This document shows, piece after piece, positions 13,259-26,716 of a stretch of 64,000 bases of DNA. This DNA is from Eledone cirrhosa. Its lineage: Eukaryota. The first letter of the stretch is position 1. The number at the start of each line of letters is the position of its first letter. Under the pieces are notes generated by a model, which made no database searches, was not told where the DNA came from, and saw only the letters and a list, made by a program, of their open reading frames with translations. A program made the translations under genes and the position numbers. The stretch is from positions 171,554,001 to 171,618,000 of the forward strand of contig OZ024742.1 of assembly GCA_964016885.1 (NCBI GenBank). Direction: 5' to 3'.

Positions 13259-13493
13259 TATTTTTATATGTATATATAAATGTGTGTGTATGTGTGTGTG
13301 TGTATTTCCTTTTCTCACTAGTCTGTTCTTTCGTTGCTATTCGTCGCTATTTTCAATTTGCAAAGCCCTATAAACTGTATGTTATTACTCTGAGGTCTAT
13401 TCCTCGTCGAGTGCTTGGCTCCATTGCTGAAGGCATTCGTTGACTTAGCTGCTGATCGAACTTCGAATATGCTGTACTATTGTAAATATATAC

Positions 13494-13526
<33 letters not shown>

Positions 13527-13539
13527 TATATATACACAC

Positions 13540-13568
<29 letters not shown>

Positions 13569-13572
<4 letters not shown>

Positions 13573-13791
13573 AAAAGGTATGACTCCGACGGCAGAGCTC
13601 AAGCCGTTTCGACGGCTATTTCTGGACTAAATTAGAATTTAAATTCTAAATTAGTCCAGAAATAGCCGTCGAAACTGCTTGAGCTCTGCCGTCGGGGTCA
13701 TACCCTTTCCTATTACCCACTCTACTACCCTAAGTATTGAGTACTCTGGTGCGTTATGGTCCATCTTGTTCCTTACCACAATTCCCTCGTT
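13569..13791 (+). mobile_element. (TA)n-embedded fold-back mini-element, family A
   Basis: 13569-13637 inverts 13643-13712; terminus GGTGCGTTATGGTCCA...CCTTACCACA..TCC.TCGTTA shared with 14284-14403, 14431-14510, 23644-23795 and 23825-24018. Confidence 0.8.
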
Positions 13792-13866
13792 ATATATATA
13801 TATATATATATATTTATTAAAAAAACAGATTAAAGTTTAAGCAAAGAATCGCTGCTTTCACACACG

Positions 13867-13955
<89 letters not shown>

Positions 13956-13959
<4 letters not shown>

Positions 13960-14251
13960 GACACCCGTCTACACTAGGTTGTTAATCTCTCAGGCAGACA
14001 CTTATCTTATTTTTACTTTCTCCATATCGATACAAGACATTTAACAGATTGTCTTGAAACAGAAATAGAAACACATTTTGATATAGAATAGAATTCACTA
14101 ATACCAGGTTTATTTCTGTTTTAAACTTATACGTTAAGTTTTATCAACAATAAAATACGGAGTACACTTATGAATTCATCCGGACAACATTACCAACACA
14201 CAGAGAGAAAACACACACACACACACACATATAAACACACTCACACACACG

Positions 14252-14286
<35 letters not shown>

Positions 14287-14399
14287 CGAAGGAAATGTGG
14301 TAAGGAACCAGGTGGACCATAACGCACCAAAGTACTCAATACTTAGGGTAGTAGAGTGGGTAATAGGAACCAGTAAGGCCCCTTGGGGTCTTACTGGTT

Positions 14400-14434
<35 letters not shown>

Positions 14435-14830
14435 ACCAGTAAGACCCCAAGGTCTTGAGTACTTTGGTGCGTTATGGTCCACCTGGTTCCTTACCACATT
14501 TCCTTCGTTATATATATATATATGTATATGTATGCGTGTGTGTGAGTGTGTTTATATGTGTGTGTGTGTGTGTGTTTTCTCTCTGTGTGTTGGTAATGTT
14601 GTCCGGATGAATTCATAAGTGTACTCCGTATTTTATTGTTGATAAAACTTAACGTATAAGTTTAAAACAGAAATAAACCTGGTATTAGTGAATTCTATTC
14701 TATATCAAAATGTGTTTCTATTTCTGTTTCAAGACAATCTGTTAAATGTCTTGTATCGATATGGAGAAAGTAAAAATAAGATAAGTGTCTGCCTGAGAGA
14801 TTAACAACCTAGTGTAGACGGGTGTCATAT
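13956..14830. repeat. Near-perfect inverted duplication of about 380 bp (13956-14339 vs 14456-14830) around family-A termini
   Basis: The arms read as exact reverse complements apart from (TA)n length. Confidence 0.9.
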
Positions 14831-16559
14831 GATGATGTTACTGAAAAGTTCCACTTAACATAACCGAAGCCGGGCTTAAATACAGATGTGTTCGTTATAA
14901 GGCATCTGGAAAGAGTCTGTTATGTTGTTTATTAATGAAAGGTTTGTTAATCCTTGTATCTCAACCCAACATGACACCTTCAAAATACTACAGATAGATA
15001 GATATCAGTGTTGTCAGTTAAACAGAAACAATCAAGAAAACAAACATAAAAAGGTGCCTAAATTTCTTATCGCATACTAAGTGTTAAATTCCGTATTCTC
15101 TGTGTTTCAAAGATACACACACAGACACACACACACACACACACGCATATATATATATGTATATACATATATGTGTGTGTATATATATATATATACATAA
15201 TAAATGCATATCTATATATATATACATGTATACATGTGCATACGTACGCATATATATTTGGTGCTGGCACTTTTAAAGGAGGATATAAACAGTAAATAAT
15301 GTTAAGTGAAATAATGACTCAGAACTAAAGTAGAATAAAAGTTAATAGTAAATAAAACTTAAAACGTGACTAAGACGTCGAGGTTTTGCCATAGAATTCT
15401 CATTAAACAATCTGCTTGAGATGTATAACTGAGGAAATAAATTGTGTCTCCCTAAAAAAAAGGTTCAATTCTACACATTTCTCTGGAATGCTCAGTCACT
15501 TCTGCCTGAATTTCCCGAGCAGGAATTCCTATTGATCGATAATTTGAACATATTTTTGTAAACGACACCCCTACCCGATACACACATGCACACACACACG
15601 CGCGTAATGTTTTTTTGCTTCCTCTTTAGATATAGAAACAGCAAGAAACTCGTATATTTGTAAGAGATAAGGGCTCAGGATGACGTCATGTTGCCAAACT
15701 TCTAAATGTTTTAACTTTTCAGTCGTTGTTTTCTATCTTAAAATAAATTTACTTTGTTTCAACTGCATGAATGTGCTCAAAATCTCTGTACAAGGTCCAT
15801 ATGATAATTTAATTACTATACATAGTTTCTAACATAGGCACAAGACAAACGATTTTAAAGAAGCAGTATACCGATTAAATCGTCCCCAGGACTTGGTACT
15901 TAATTTTATCGACCCTGGAATGATGGAAAGCAGAGTTGAGATCGCCGATTTTGTACCCAAAATATATAAATTTGCAACTAAAGACCACAAACCATTTTGC
16001 AGGCTTCTCTAACGAAACAGTCAACCCACACTCTCTTTGATTTCTATAAATAAAAATATGGTTGTCATGCCGATGTCGGTAACACATTGTAAGGAGTATT
16101 CTTTTTACATGTTCTATATGTGTGCGTGTACTAATGTATGTGTGAACATGCGTGTGTGTAAATGATGTTATAGAAACTTCTACAAAGAACTGATATAATT
16201 CCTATTCAATAATTCCAGTAGGGATTGGCATTCTGAGAGAAATCCTCAAAAGACATAATTTCCTTCAAACGAAAAAAGAAACTCATATAACATATCAAAT
16301 TAACAAACTGTTGAAATCCGTTAATATCATTAATTAACTTGATAATAATTACGAATGTCCGCGTGAAAACAAATAAAGGTTAATGTAAATCACAATATCA
16401 TGGTTTAATATTAATTATTTAATTATAATATATCTGAGTGAACCCAATTAGTGTTTGAAAACTTATGATTTATCAATAAGTACAAACTCGTGTATGTATA
16501 TTATGTATATATAATAATTTACATAATACACGCACACACACACACACACACATATATAT

Positions 16560-16726
16560 ATTTAATATAGAAATGGCTTCTACAGGACTAGAATTGTTTC
16601 ATTCGAAGGAAATCATCAGGAAAGCCCTTCGAATGAAACAATCCTAGTCCTGTATTAAATATTTATACTCTGCTATGTATTGAGTAACTTACTTACTGTG
16701 GTTACCTCCGATTGAACCCGAGATAC
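16560..16726. mobile_element. Family B fold-back element with HHR-like motif on the minus arm
   Basis: Minus strand 16580-16622 reads CTGATGA-TTTC(CTTC)GAAT-GAAA-CAATTC-TA-GTCCTGTAG; the plus arm 16627-16726 matches the reverse complement of 6922-7045. Confidence 0.7.
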
Positions 16727-17083
16727 AGACACATACACACACTCACACTCACACACACATACACCCCCCCCCATATATATATGTCAAAAGAGATCGATAT
16801 ATAATATAAAAGGATAATGTGACTTTATGTTAGTTCAATGAGAAAGTTGGAGCTAAAGATATGAGACCTCAGATCGTTGCACACACGCCAATATCATAGT
16901 AAACCACATATCTAATATTCTGCAGAGAACTATGTAATTGGGTTAAAAAACGTAGTCACAGAATAATCATTTTACTTACATAGCCACTACATTGTTACAA
17001 GGCTTATATGGTACCATTTCATGCAGCATAAATCATCAATATTCACCGTTGATTAACATCGATAAATGCTGAAGCAAAGAGAG

Positions 17084-17158
<75 letters not shown>

Positions 17159-17649
17159 CGAGAGAGAGAAAGAAAGAAAGAGAGAGAGAGAGAGAGTGAG
17201 TGAGCGTGTGTGGGTGTGTGTGTGGTATATATATATTTATATATATTTATATATATTTTAGAATACATCTGTATAAATATACATCACTGACGTATGTATG
17301 CACACATATACACGTGATTATGTGCCTTATTATTGCAATCGTCTACGATATGCAGCCTCTGCTATACTTTGGTGCTGTGATGTAGGAGAGAACATTCGTA
17401 TTTCAGATGTGCGTTTACAGGCCTATACTACAATAGTTACTTTGTATAAAATGTAACAAATACAGTGGGTTTGTGGAATGAAATAATTCTAAGAAAATGG
17501 ATAGAAAGGTGTGGTAATGGAGATTATATGGCATAAGTTCCCCGTGATATATCTGGCTGCCTAAGATTCTGGGACAAAAGACGCAGAAACCATGCCCGTC
17601 ACGTGGATGATTTTTGTTTTTAGTCGACGGGCTCTCAGCTGTTGTCACC

Positions 17650-18090
17650 CCCTCAGTTTGAAACAAACTGTAGGAGATGAAGGAATCCAAGGAAGCTACA
17701 CCAAGAGGATTTACTCAATGAAATAGATGAGCTACTGGTAGAGGGTGAACAAAATAAATCTTCACTCCATGGAGGGAAGACGGGAAAGATACGCCGTGAT
17801 ATGCATAAGAATACGGAACACATACTGCAATAGCCTGGGGTTCAAAAGACCCCAGCTTTTTAACAAGCTGCTAAAATATCTGACAGATCTACATGGTTTG
17901 CATGTAGATGTTTTCGAGAGACATCTGGACATTCTACTGACCAAGATCTCGGATGAACCCACAGCACGAGGCGAAGCGCAAATAAGAGCAACAGCAACAA
18001 ACTCCCTTTTGCATGAATGGCCAACAAGTCAAGGCTGGCTATAGAAACTTCAGCATCAATGGTGATGCACCAGCATGGACTCCGCCCATC
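17650..18090 (+). mobile_element. CR1-group LINE 3' fragment
   Basis: Translates to SYTKRI.SMK.MSYW.RVNKINLHSMEGRRERYAVI...NSLGFKRPQLFNKL...FERHLDILLTKISDEP, a typical CR1 ORF2 C-terminus. Confidence 0.75.
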
Positions 18091-18961
18091 GGTTGGCACA
18101 CATAATACATAATATATATATATGACATTTTCTCCATGATTGAGGATCATGCAGATAAACAATATTGCTGAATCAAATTTAATAAACCGGAAAATCAAAA
18201 CCTTCGATGCGATTCTGTATGATTCGCATAGGAAATATATAGTTTTCACTTGGTTTCATCAGCATAATTTAACTAGCCATCGTACCCGGCCTTTCCCAGG
18301 TTTCTTTATATGTAAAAGAAATGTAATTGAATTATATGTCAGATGAATTGATGTTAAATTATAGTTCACATTGTATAGTTTATCAGGAGGGCTGATTCCT
18401 TCAGAATAGTAAATGCAACGTAAACCAGAAGATGCCTCCGATAAGGTTCATAAAATTCCCCAAGGAATTTATGTATAATTTAAAATGCTATTTCATTCCT
18501 ACTAATATTTGAAGCCGATTGCAGTTCTGTGGGTGGGAGGGTGGGGGACTCGTTAATGGATGCGGTTACTTCCGTATCTCTTGAATATGATATTATCCAC
18601 TGCCTGAAGAACTGATATTGGTAAAAATCATTATTTGTGAATTTCAAATTTTTTACTTAAAAATTATTTTATTTTCCAATAATGACTCAACAACTTGATT
18701 GAAATAACGCAATACCTAAATCAATAAAATCCATATAACACTACTAAAAGAAGAAATACATATAAGCCTATATCACTTCTGATGATGAGACTGCGAGTGA
18801 CAAATAACTTTGATTGAATTATATACAAGTTCCAATAAAGGAATTGAAACTCGAAAATAATCGTTTCTAAAACAACACATATGTGAACATGTATAAAATA
18901 AAGGAGATTCCTAATATATAGGAGTATATACATACAAACACATATATACGAATATATACAT

Positions 18962-19016
<55 letters not shown>

Positions 19017-19120
19017 CAAACCTATATGCATACATGCTTATATACTTTCATATATTGCATTATATAAATATATATAACAACAAACAGATATTAAATGATG
19101 AAGACGAGGATGATGATAAT

Positions 19121-19226
19121 AATTGTTTCTATTTCTAGGCAAAAGGCCAGCAATTACCCAGTACATTACTCGTACTTTATTTTATCGACCCCGTAAGGAT
19201 GAAAGGCAAAGTTAACCTCGGCGAGA
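19121..19226 (-). mobile_element. SINE family 1, 3' half
   Basis: Reverse complement of the SINE core and tail. Confidence 0.85.
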
Positions 19227-20288
19227 TGATGATAATAATATATACTGATCATAAAACTAATTGGATGGTAATTCTTGTCTGCATAAGCCAAATCTCTAGG
19301 AATCGGAGACGTGGAAAGTAGACAAGATACCTACTATACATGAAGTATCTTATCTCGGCAACAATGCCTGGTATGACTTTTTTACCATGTAAGTAGCAGT
19401 AGTAGTGGTGTTGGGAGTGATGGTAATCGAAGTAGTTATCGTAGTAGTAGTGGTGGCGTTTGAGTTAGTGGTGGTATTAGTAGTCATAGCAGAAGGAGGG
19501 AAAAGAGTAGGATAACAGCGTTTGTTTCACCAATGGTTGGTTACAGTGTTTTATTGAGTGAGTATTTGTTAGCCATCGCAATGGTTTAGTTTTGAATGTG
19601 ATGTACGTTATTGTTGTGTGTATAGCATTTGTCATTAATACCGTCCTAGATGTCTCTCGGGAGATTTCTAGGAGCTCAGCAAAATATAATGAATAAATTA
19701 TATTTTTCTCTCTAGCCCCAAACAATCTTGATTTATCAAAAATAGGAAGAGAGGAAAAAATATATGAAAAGCAGGCTAAAGTTAAAGGGGAAAAATAACA
19801 AAGACGAATGTACGGACAAACATTCTCCACCGTTGCCTGGTTGCTAAATCATAGCTACAATCTTTGGACAAGATGGTGAAGGCATTAACGCTGAAGATAG
19901 CTCGCTATACCCGCTACAAGAGTCAATCGAATTGACGGGGTTCCTACCTTAATCGTGATAACCTCGTCTTGATTCGATGGTGAAAAACGGAATTCTTGAG
20001 ACTGAGTGTTTCAAAGTTCTCCACGGCGACAGCATAACATGTAACAGCAAGTCAAAATATTGTATTTTGCTCGTTTTCAGTCTATAAATAGACTATTTAG
20101 CTGTTTACCTCTACGTACGTTGCTCTTTTTTTTATGCCTGCCTGTACAAGGCATCCGTCACTTATACACGAAGCACAGTCTTCCAATCCAACCTCATGCC
20201 ACCAACACTTCATTCCATCGTATGTCTTAACGGAAACTTAAATTCACTAAGCAATCTTCTTCACTAGATACCACACAATTCCTTTTCA

Positions 20289-20645
20289 TTTGGCAGTATC
20301 GGTAGAGGGTCGGATGCCATGCTTTCCAGCATAGTTACGTCCCTTTACGATCTGAGTTCAAATCCCGCCGAGGTTGACTTTGCCTTTCATCCTTATGGGG
20401 TCGATGAAATAAAGTACCAGTAATGCACTGGATAATTGCTGGCCTTGTGCCTAAAGTAGAAACAATTATTTAACATTCTGTAACGATTTAAGGCGGCGAA
20501 TTGGCAGAGCCCTTAAGACGTCGGATAGAATACTTTTACTGTATTCGTCACATCTCATTGTGCGTTCTGAGTTCAAATCTCCCTGAGGTCAACTTTGCCT
20601 TTCATCATTTCGAGGTCGATAAAAAAAGTACCAGTCCAGTACTGC
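20289..20645 (+). mobile_element. Two adjacent SINE family 1 copies (20289-20470 young; 20491-20645 diverged)
   Basis: Both carry GAGTTCAAATC..C.GAGGT..ACTTTGCCTTTCATC...GGTCGAT.AAA..AAGTACCAGT. Confidence 0.8.
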
Positions 20646-21903
20646 GGTCGATTCTTCCACCATAGAAAAATCGGCTGTTTTCAGACCTGGAGAGGGTTTG
20701 GCTCTGCCAGTTTTAATCGTGCCCTAGACACACCGTATGACGGTGCTTCTACGACTCCACAAGGAGTTATGAAATATTTATGCTTTTATAACGATTTGAG
20801 AGAAATTGACTAAATTTGGAATTGTTATTTCAAAATGATAACTGAAATTTTATATATGATGTAATCAGAGAGTTTATTTGTACCTTGCAGGAATGTCCTG
20901 CTAATATCGCATCATATCGTACAGTATATTACGTATTAATATTTGTATTATAAACATTACACACAATTATGGAAACGAGGAGGTACTGGCCGATAAGATC
21001 ACCCAAATCTTATTTCTTTAAAGTTGTGCTCCAGCATGGCCAGAGTTTAATGACTGAAGCCAGTAAAAAAAGAGAAAAAAACAACATATTAGATTCAAAG
21101 GATAACTAAAAAAATTCAGAAATAATAAAATAAATCAAATAAATCAAAAGAATAATATTAATCTAAACTATGCGGCATCCGAGATTAGACATATTCTATT
21201 TAAAAAATATTTCCTTCGAGAAAAATATGAGAAACGGTGTAGTAAATAAAGCAGTAAATAATTGTTGCCGTTGTTCTTGATTTCGTTGATGTTGTTTCTC
21301 GTTTCATTACAGCTATTGTGTTTGAATTTGTCGTTTTTATTATGGTTTTTGTAGCTATTATGGACTTTTCCTCAGATAAGAAAGTTATTGGGAGGTGTTC
21401 GTAGACGTCTTCAACGCTTCTTCTTGTTTCAAATTTCAATAGATTTCGCTGCTTATTTAGAAAAGAATTACGATGTAATTTGTTTTATGGAAAATATCAG
21501 AACAGTCATGTACGCGCGCGCCCACACATATACGTGTGTGTAGTGGAATATTCAACATGTGAAAGAGATTTATATATTCAGTAGAGTGCTACGTATTAAC
21601 ATAATAAAGATAATGCGGCCAGCATTTGCGAGTAATTCCATAGGAGTAATTCCAAAACAGAGAGAGAAATATATCACCAAGAATAACATTATTAAAGTAT
21701 GAAACCTGATAGTGGCCCATCATTATAACAATAGGTAATTTTTTGAAAGGTAAAATCACGCTGCTCCCACCCTCTAATCCTGTCTCAATCAGCAAAAACA
21801 CGGGGTTTGTAAACTTGCAGCTCAATCGGACAACTGTTAGGCGACCCTCAAACTCATTGAAGTTGGAACATAATATATATTGAACAATATTTGCCTTAAC
21901 ATC

Positions 21904-22500
21904 TTGCTTCCCTTGCTTTCCTTTTCTCATTGCTCTCCTTGCTCTCCTTTTCTCATTGCTCTCTTTGTTCTCCTTTTCTCATTGCTCTGTTTTCTCCTGG
22001 CTCTCCTTGCTCTCCTTGCCCTCCTTGCTTCCTTTTATCCTTACTCTCCTTTTCTCATTGCTCTCTTTGATCTCCTTTTCTCATTGCTCTCCTTGTTCTC
22101 CTTTTCTCATTGTTCTCCTTGCTCTCCTTGATCTCCTTTTCTCATTGCTCTCCCTTTCTCCTTGCTCTCTGTGCTCTCCTCATTACTCTCCCTGCTCTCC
22201 TCTCCTCATTACTCTCCCTGCACTCCTTGCTATCATTTTCTCATTGCTCTCCTTGCTCTCCTTTTCTCCTTGGTCTCCGTGCTCTCCTTGTTCTCCTTTT
22301 CTCATTGCTCTCCCTACTCTCCTTGCTCTCCTATTCTCATTGCTCCCCATGCTCTCCGTGCTCCCCTTGCTCTCCTTTTCTCATTTCTCTCCATGCTCTC
22401 CTTGCTCTCATGTTCTCGTTGTTTCTATGTACTTGTTTATATACAACTTCAATGAGAAAAGGGGAGCAAGGAGAAATATGAAAGCAAGGATAGTAAGGAG
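21904..22500. repeat. Pyrimidine-rich minisatellite (CTCTCCTTG / CTCCTTTTCTCATTG units) with a short inverted tail
   Basis: Degenerate 9-24-bp units from 21904 to 22420; 22450-22500 is the purine-strand version of the same units. Confidence 0.85.
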
Positions 22501-22649
22501 GTATATATATATACATATCATATATATATATGTGTGTGTGTGTGTTTGTTGTTGATCTGTACAAACTGTAAGAGTGTGTGTTTCTGACCATAACATATCC
22601 ATAGTAAACTTGTGGGGGGGGGGGGGGATGTGCGGGCACATGTGTGAGA

Positions 22650-23330
22650 GTAGCTAGAAGTATAGAAGTAAGCTCGAGCTTATGAATGCAAGATTTATGA
22701 AATTGTGGAGAGGACTTGAGTCCATTAGGGAAAATGTACCCAAGGCGGAAAATACTCTTCTAAGTCCTGCTACTAGATGCCAGCGATATTTAATGTAAAA
22801 GGACACCAAGGTCAGAGGTATGTAGGGAAGTGTGGCCTGGGGAATGGAAGTGACGTGTAACAAGGGTAAACATGCCAAATGGTATGTCCCTCAAGTGGCC
22901 ACCAAGTGACGGTCTGTTTGCCCGATATTTATGGATCCTCAAAAGAAACATCGTAGGGTATAGACTATGTCGAGGGGGGAGTTAAGCAGGTGAATGAGTG
23001 ACGGATAGAGGAAAAAAAACCGTTAGAGACTGTGAGAGTTGTGCGGCTAGAAATGCAACGACATGTGTTATAGCCGGAAGGAGAAGAGGGAGGGGGCCAG
23101 GTAGAGTCCTAAAAGAGGAAAGGAAGGCACCGAGTACCATGATGTTGCGGAAATTACGGTGAGGGGTTCGGAATTGAGGGCACGGAAGCAAAGGAAGCTA
23201 TGTCGATGGAGAGGTAATGTGGTTGAGTGGTATTTGAGGGGGGGGGGAAATAAAGCCGGGTGAAGACCAGTGAAATCAGTGGTTGGCGGAATTCTCTCCC
23301 TCGATGGCAGAAGAATTCTACAGGGAGCGA
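22650..23330 (-). mobile_element. Penelope-like element (Neptune-type) GIY-YIG endonuclease remnant
   Basis: Minus-strand translation with frameshifts: RNFRNIMV, NTCRCIS, IVYTLRC...NIGQTDRHL, VTRHFHSPGH, IFRLG..FPNGL (cf. IVY..C...YIGQT.R.L and IF.LGTL.P.GLN). Confidence 0.6.
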
Positions 23331-23643
23331 ACGATGTGCTTTCGTAAACGATGATAGACAGTAATAGGAAAGGATGGCGAATATTTTGACTTGTAAAATA
23401 TTCCTAATGATAAAAAACAGCAAATCCAATAAAAAAAAATGGGACTTTCAAAAGCAGCCACTACCAAAGATTTCAGTTTGATTGGTGTTCTGTAAATATT
23501 TCAGGTACGTTATATTCCATTCTCCTCCTCCAACCACCACAAGTACCACTACATCACCGATTCTTTCATGCATGAAAAATATTAAGTAGTGCATAATGAT
23601 ATATGTATACGGATGTATATATATATATATATGTATATATATA

Positions 23644-23791
23644 TAACGAAGGAAATGTGGTAAGGAACCAGGTGGACCATAACGCACCAAAGTACTCAAT
23701 ATTTAGGGTAGTAGAGTGGGTAATAGGAACGATTAGGATCCCGACGGCTGATCTCAAGCCGATTCGACGGCTAATTTCAGAATTAGCCGTC

Positions 23792-23828
<37 letters not shown>

Positions 23829-24018
23829 AAAATGTTTGACCCCGACCGCAGAGCTCAAGCCGACGAGACGGCTATTTCTGGACAGAGATAACCGTCGAAA
23901 CGGCCTGAGCTCTGCCGTCGGGGTCAAATATTTTCCTATTACCCACTCTACTACTCTAAGTATTGAGTACTCTGGTGCGTTATAGTCCATCTGGTTCCTT
24001 ACCACACCTCCATTGTTA
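23644..24018. mobile_element. Two divergent family-A fold-back mini-elements (23644-23795 minus; 23825-24018 plus)
   Basis: Same terminus as 13569-13791; each has its own internal inversion and (TA)n flanks. Confidence 0.8.
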
Positions 24019-24036
24019 CATATATATATATGTGAA

Positions 24037-24150
24037 GGCGTGTGGCTGAGTGGTTAGAGAATTGGATTCGCAATCATAAGGTTGTGAGTTCGATTCCTGG
24101 ACCAGGTGATGCGTTATGTCCTTGGGCAAGACACTTTATTTCACGTTGCC
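24037..24150 (+). mobile_element. tRNA-headed SINE, family 2, 5' part
   Basis: A-box TGGCTGAGTGG, B-box GAGTTCGATTCC, then GTCCTTGGGCAAGACACTT; diverged relatives near 7495, 9500-9715, 11900-12050, 28200, 37110, 39065 and 55350. Confidence 0.7.
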
Positions 24151-24249
24151 CCTTCTACCTGGAGTTGCGACCGATAGATAGTATTAGCAATTGGAAAGAC
24201 TGACGGAAACATTGTTCCCTCGGTCCGATTTGACGAAAGTCGATCGACT

Positions 24250-24302
<53 letters not shown>

Positions 24303-24939
24303 TAGAAGTGGTTACACAACAGTTAGTTCACCATTAACCATGCCCATTCCTCAGCTCGGAATGGGCATGGCTATAGGAACAGGAAGGACAACCGTACGAA
24401 CGCGCATGCGCCGAAATCCGGTCACTTTACACGGGCAATACTAGACTGCGTGCGAGAGGTGTATGGGAGATAACTGCGAAAATCAGAAAAGTTTTTAGGT
24501 TGAAAATAAAATTACAAAGAATCAGTCCGGAGCCTTGTAATTACGCAATAGGTGTTTGGCGACGTGTGGACAACGTGTGAAAAATTCATTTCTCGTGTTT
24601 AGGCAATCACTATTGCGTAATCTCTATAGAATAGTTATTCGTTCGTCGTATGGCTTGGACTCAGTCATGGCTTTCCATTGAATGGAGTAGTCTATACTTG
24701 AGTCCTTGAGGGACCATACGTGGCTCGCGAGTTTCGTGTATGAACGTCTGTCTGGGTACCTGAAGGTAGACTGGTGGTTCAGGAGACGTTCGTTAAATCG
24801 GCCCTCCGCCATGCCCACATATGATTTGACCTCCTGTGGTTCGTTTGGTCGGTTGGAAGTGACCACAGCTTCATAAATTACAGTTGGTGTGTTGCATTGC
24901 TGTTGAAGGGGGCAAGCTTCAGTCTTACGGCAAGAGCAC
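24303..24939 (-). mobile_element. Inverted partial copy (GIY-YIG + 3' UTR) of the adjacent Naiad-type PLE
   Basis: Reverse complement of 26112-26794 with substitutions and a deletion of about 30 nt; encodes CSCRKTEACPLQQQCNTPTVIYEAV...SYVGMAEGRFNERLLNH. Confidence 0.9.
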
Positions 24940-26558
24940 TCTGGCTAACTTAAGGTAGATAAGAAGCTACAATCTCTAGCTAAGTGGGAGACGTTCATCA
25001 CTCTAAAAGATCACAAGGTAGACTTTACTTCTAATGTAGACTAATAAACCCGGCACGCACAGATATGGGACTATTCAATAAGGCCATACTTTGAAACATA
25101 GTTAAGACCATTAGGACCAAGTCCAACCTGCCCTTGTGGGAGAACAGCGACTCCGTAATTAAGTGGTTTAACTCCTTAAAATCCCAAAAAGCGAAGTTCA
25201 CACAGTCCGACATTGTCGATTTTTAACCGTCGATCTCAGAGACACTGTTAAACAAAGCGTTGGACTTCGCTTCCACTTATACCACCGTCGATGGTTTAGA
25301 CAGGGAAATCATCGCTCACTTTCGGAAAACCCTCTTCTTCAATGATAGTGTAGCCTGGGCAAAGAAGTCTACAACTTCAGACCTACTCGACGTCTCCACG
25401 GGATCGTTTGGCAGTGCTGACGTATGTGACTTGGTTGGCCTACTTATCTTAGACATATTACGTGTTAGATTCCCGGACTTTGACACGGGAATATACCGCG
25501 ACGATGGACTGACTTTATCAAGCCATAAAAGTGGTCACGACCTTGACCGGTTTAATAAAGACTTAGCTTCTACCTTCAATAAGTTAGGACTTAGGATAAC
25601 AGTAGCCACCAACCTCTCTAGCGTACATTTCTTACACATTAATTTAGACCTTCGCACACACACCCACAGACCCTTCCATAAGCTAAACGAGAAACTCAAT
25701 TACATCCACAAGGACTCATGCCACCCTCCCAACTGTTTTTTAGAAACTTTGTTAAGAATATCAGTACTCGAATCTCAAAACTCTCCTCTAATAAGGATAT
25801 CTTTGACAGGGCGGCACCCTACTATAAAAACAGCGGCTTCTCACAACCTATCACGTACTCTCCCACTAGCAACAACACCATTAAGAAAAGTAAGCGCAAC
25901 AATAGACAAACTATCTGGTTCTCTCCTCCCTTCTCACTCAACGTTAAAACCAATGTAGAAAAAAAAATTCTAGCCCTCTTAGATAGACACTCTCCCATAG
26001 GTCATAAATACTGCTCCATCTTTAACCGACACAAAGTCAAACTAGGATACTCCTGCGCTAAGAACATGAAAGCCCACATCACCAGCAGCCCTAGGAATAA
26101 CACCCACCATGGTGCTCTTGCCGTAAGCCTGAAGCTTGCACCCTTCAACAGCAATGCAACACACCCAGCAGTAATCGCTTGTGATCACTTCCAACCGACC
26201 AACGAACCACAGGAGGTCAAATCCTATGTGGGCATGGTGGAGGGCCGATTTAACGAACGTTTCCTGTACCACCAGTCTACCTTCAGGTACCCGGACAGAC
26301 GTTCATACACGAAACTCGCGAGCCACGTATGGTCCCCTCAAGGACTCAAGTATAGACTACTCCATTCAATGGAAAGCTATCACTAAGATCAAGCCATACG
26401 CAAGGGGAAATTCGACGTGTGACTTATGTATCGACGAACGCATAACTATTCTAAAGAGATTACGCAATAGAGATTGCCTAAATACGAGAAATGAATTTTT
26501 CACACGTTGTCCACACGTCGCCAAACACCTATTGCATAACTACAGGGCTCCGGACTGA
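24940..26558 (+). pseudogene. Disrupted RT/GIY-YIG polyprotein of the PLE
   Basis: Overlapping ORFs 25260-25958, 25718-26386 and 26181-26558 in different frames join into one RT-EN protein. Confidence 0.85.
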
Positions 26559-26716
26559 TTCTTTGTAATTTCTATTTTCAACCTAAAAACTTTTCTGACT
26601 TTCGCAGTTATCTCCCTTACACCTCTCGCACGCAGTCTAGTATTGCCCGTGTGAAGTGACCGGGTTTCTGCGCATGCGCGTTCGTACGGTTGTCCTTCCT
26701 GTTCCTATAACCATGC

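Noticed and set aside
13640-13700. Hammerhead in family A (GAAAC.GCTTGAGCTC)
   Set aside because: A GAAA box is present but no CUGANGA-like box or convincing stem III in any of the copies, which are truncated upstream.
18270-18560. Helentron/HINE-like start (ACTAGC..TACCCGGC..TTCCCAGG)
   Set aside because: Single copy in the window with no matching 3' structure identified.
19800-20080. Higher-complexity stretch as a possible host exon
   Set aside because: No recognisable peptide and no convincing splice-site pair; RNA-seq would be needed.
21880-22555. Hydrophobic Leu/Ser-rich ORFs resembling membrane proteins
   Set aside because: Open in several frames because of the pyrimidine minisatellite.
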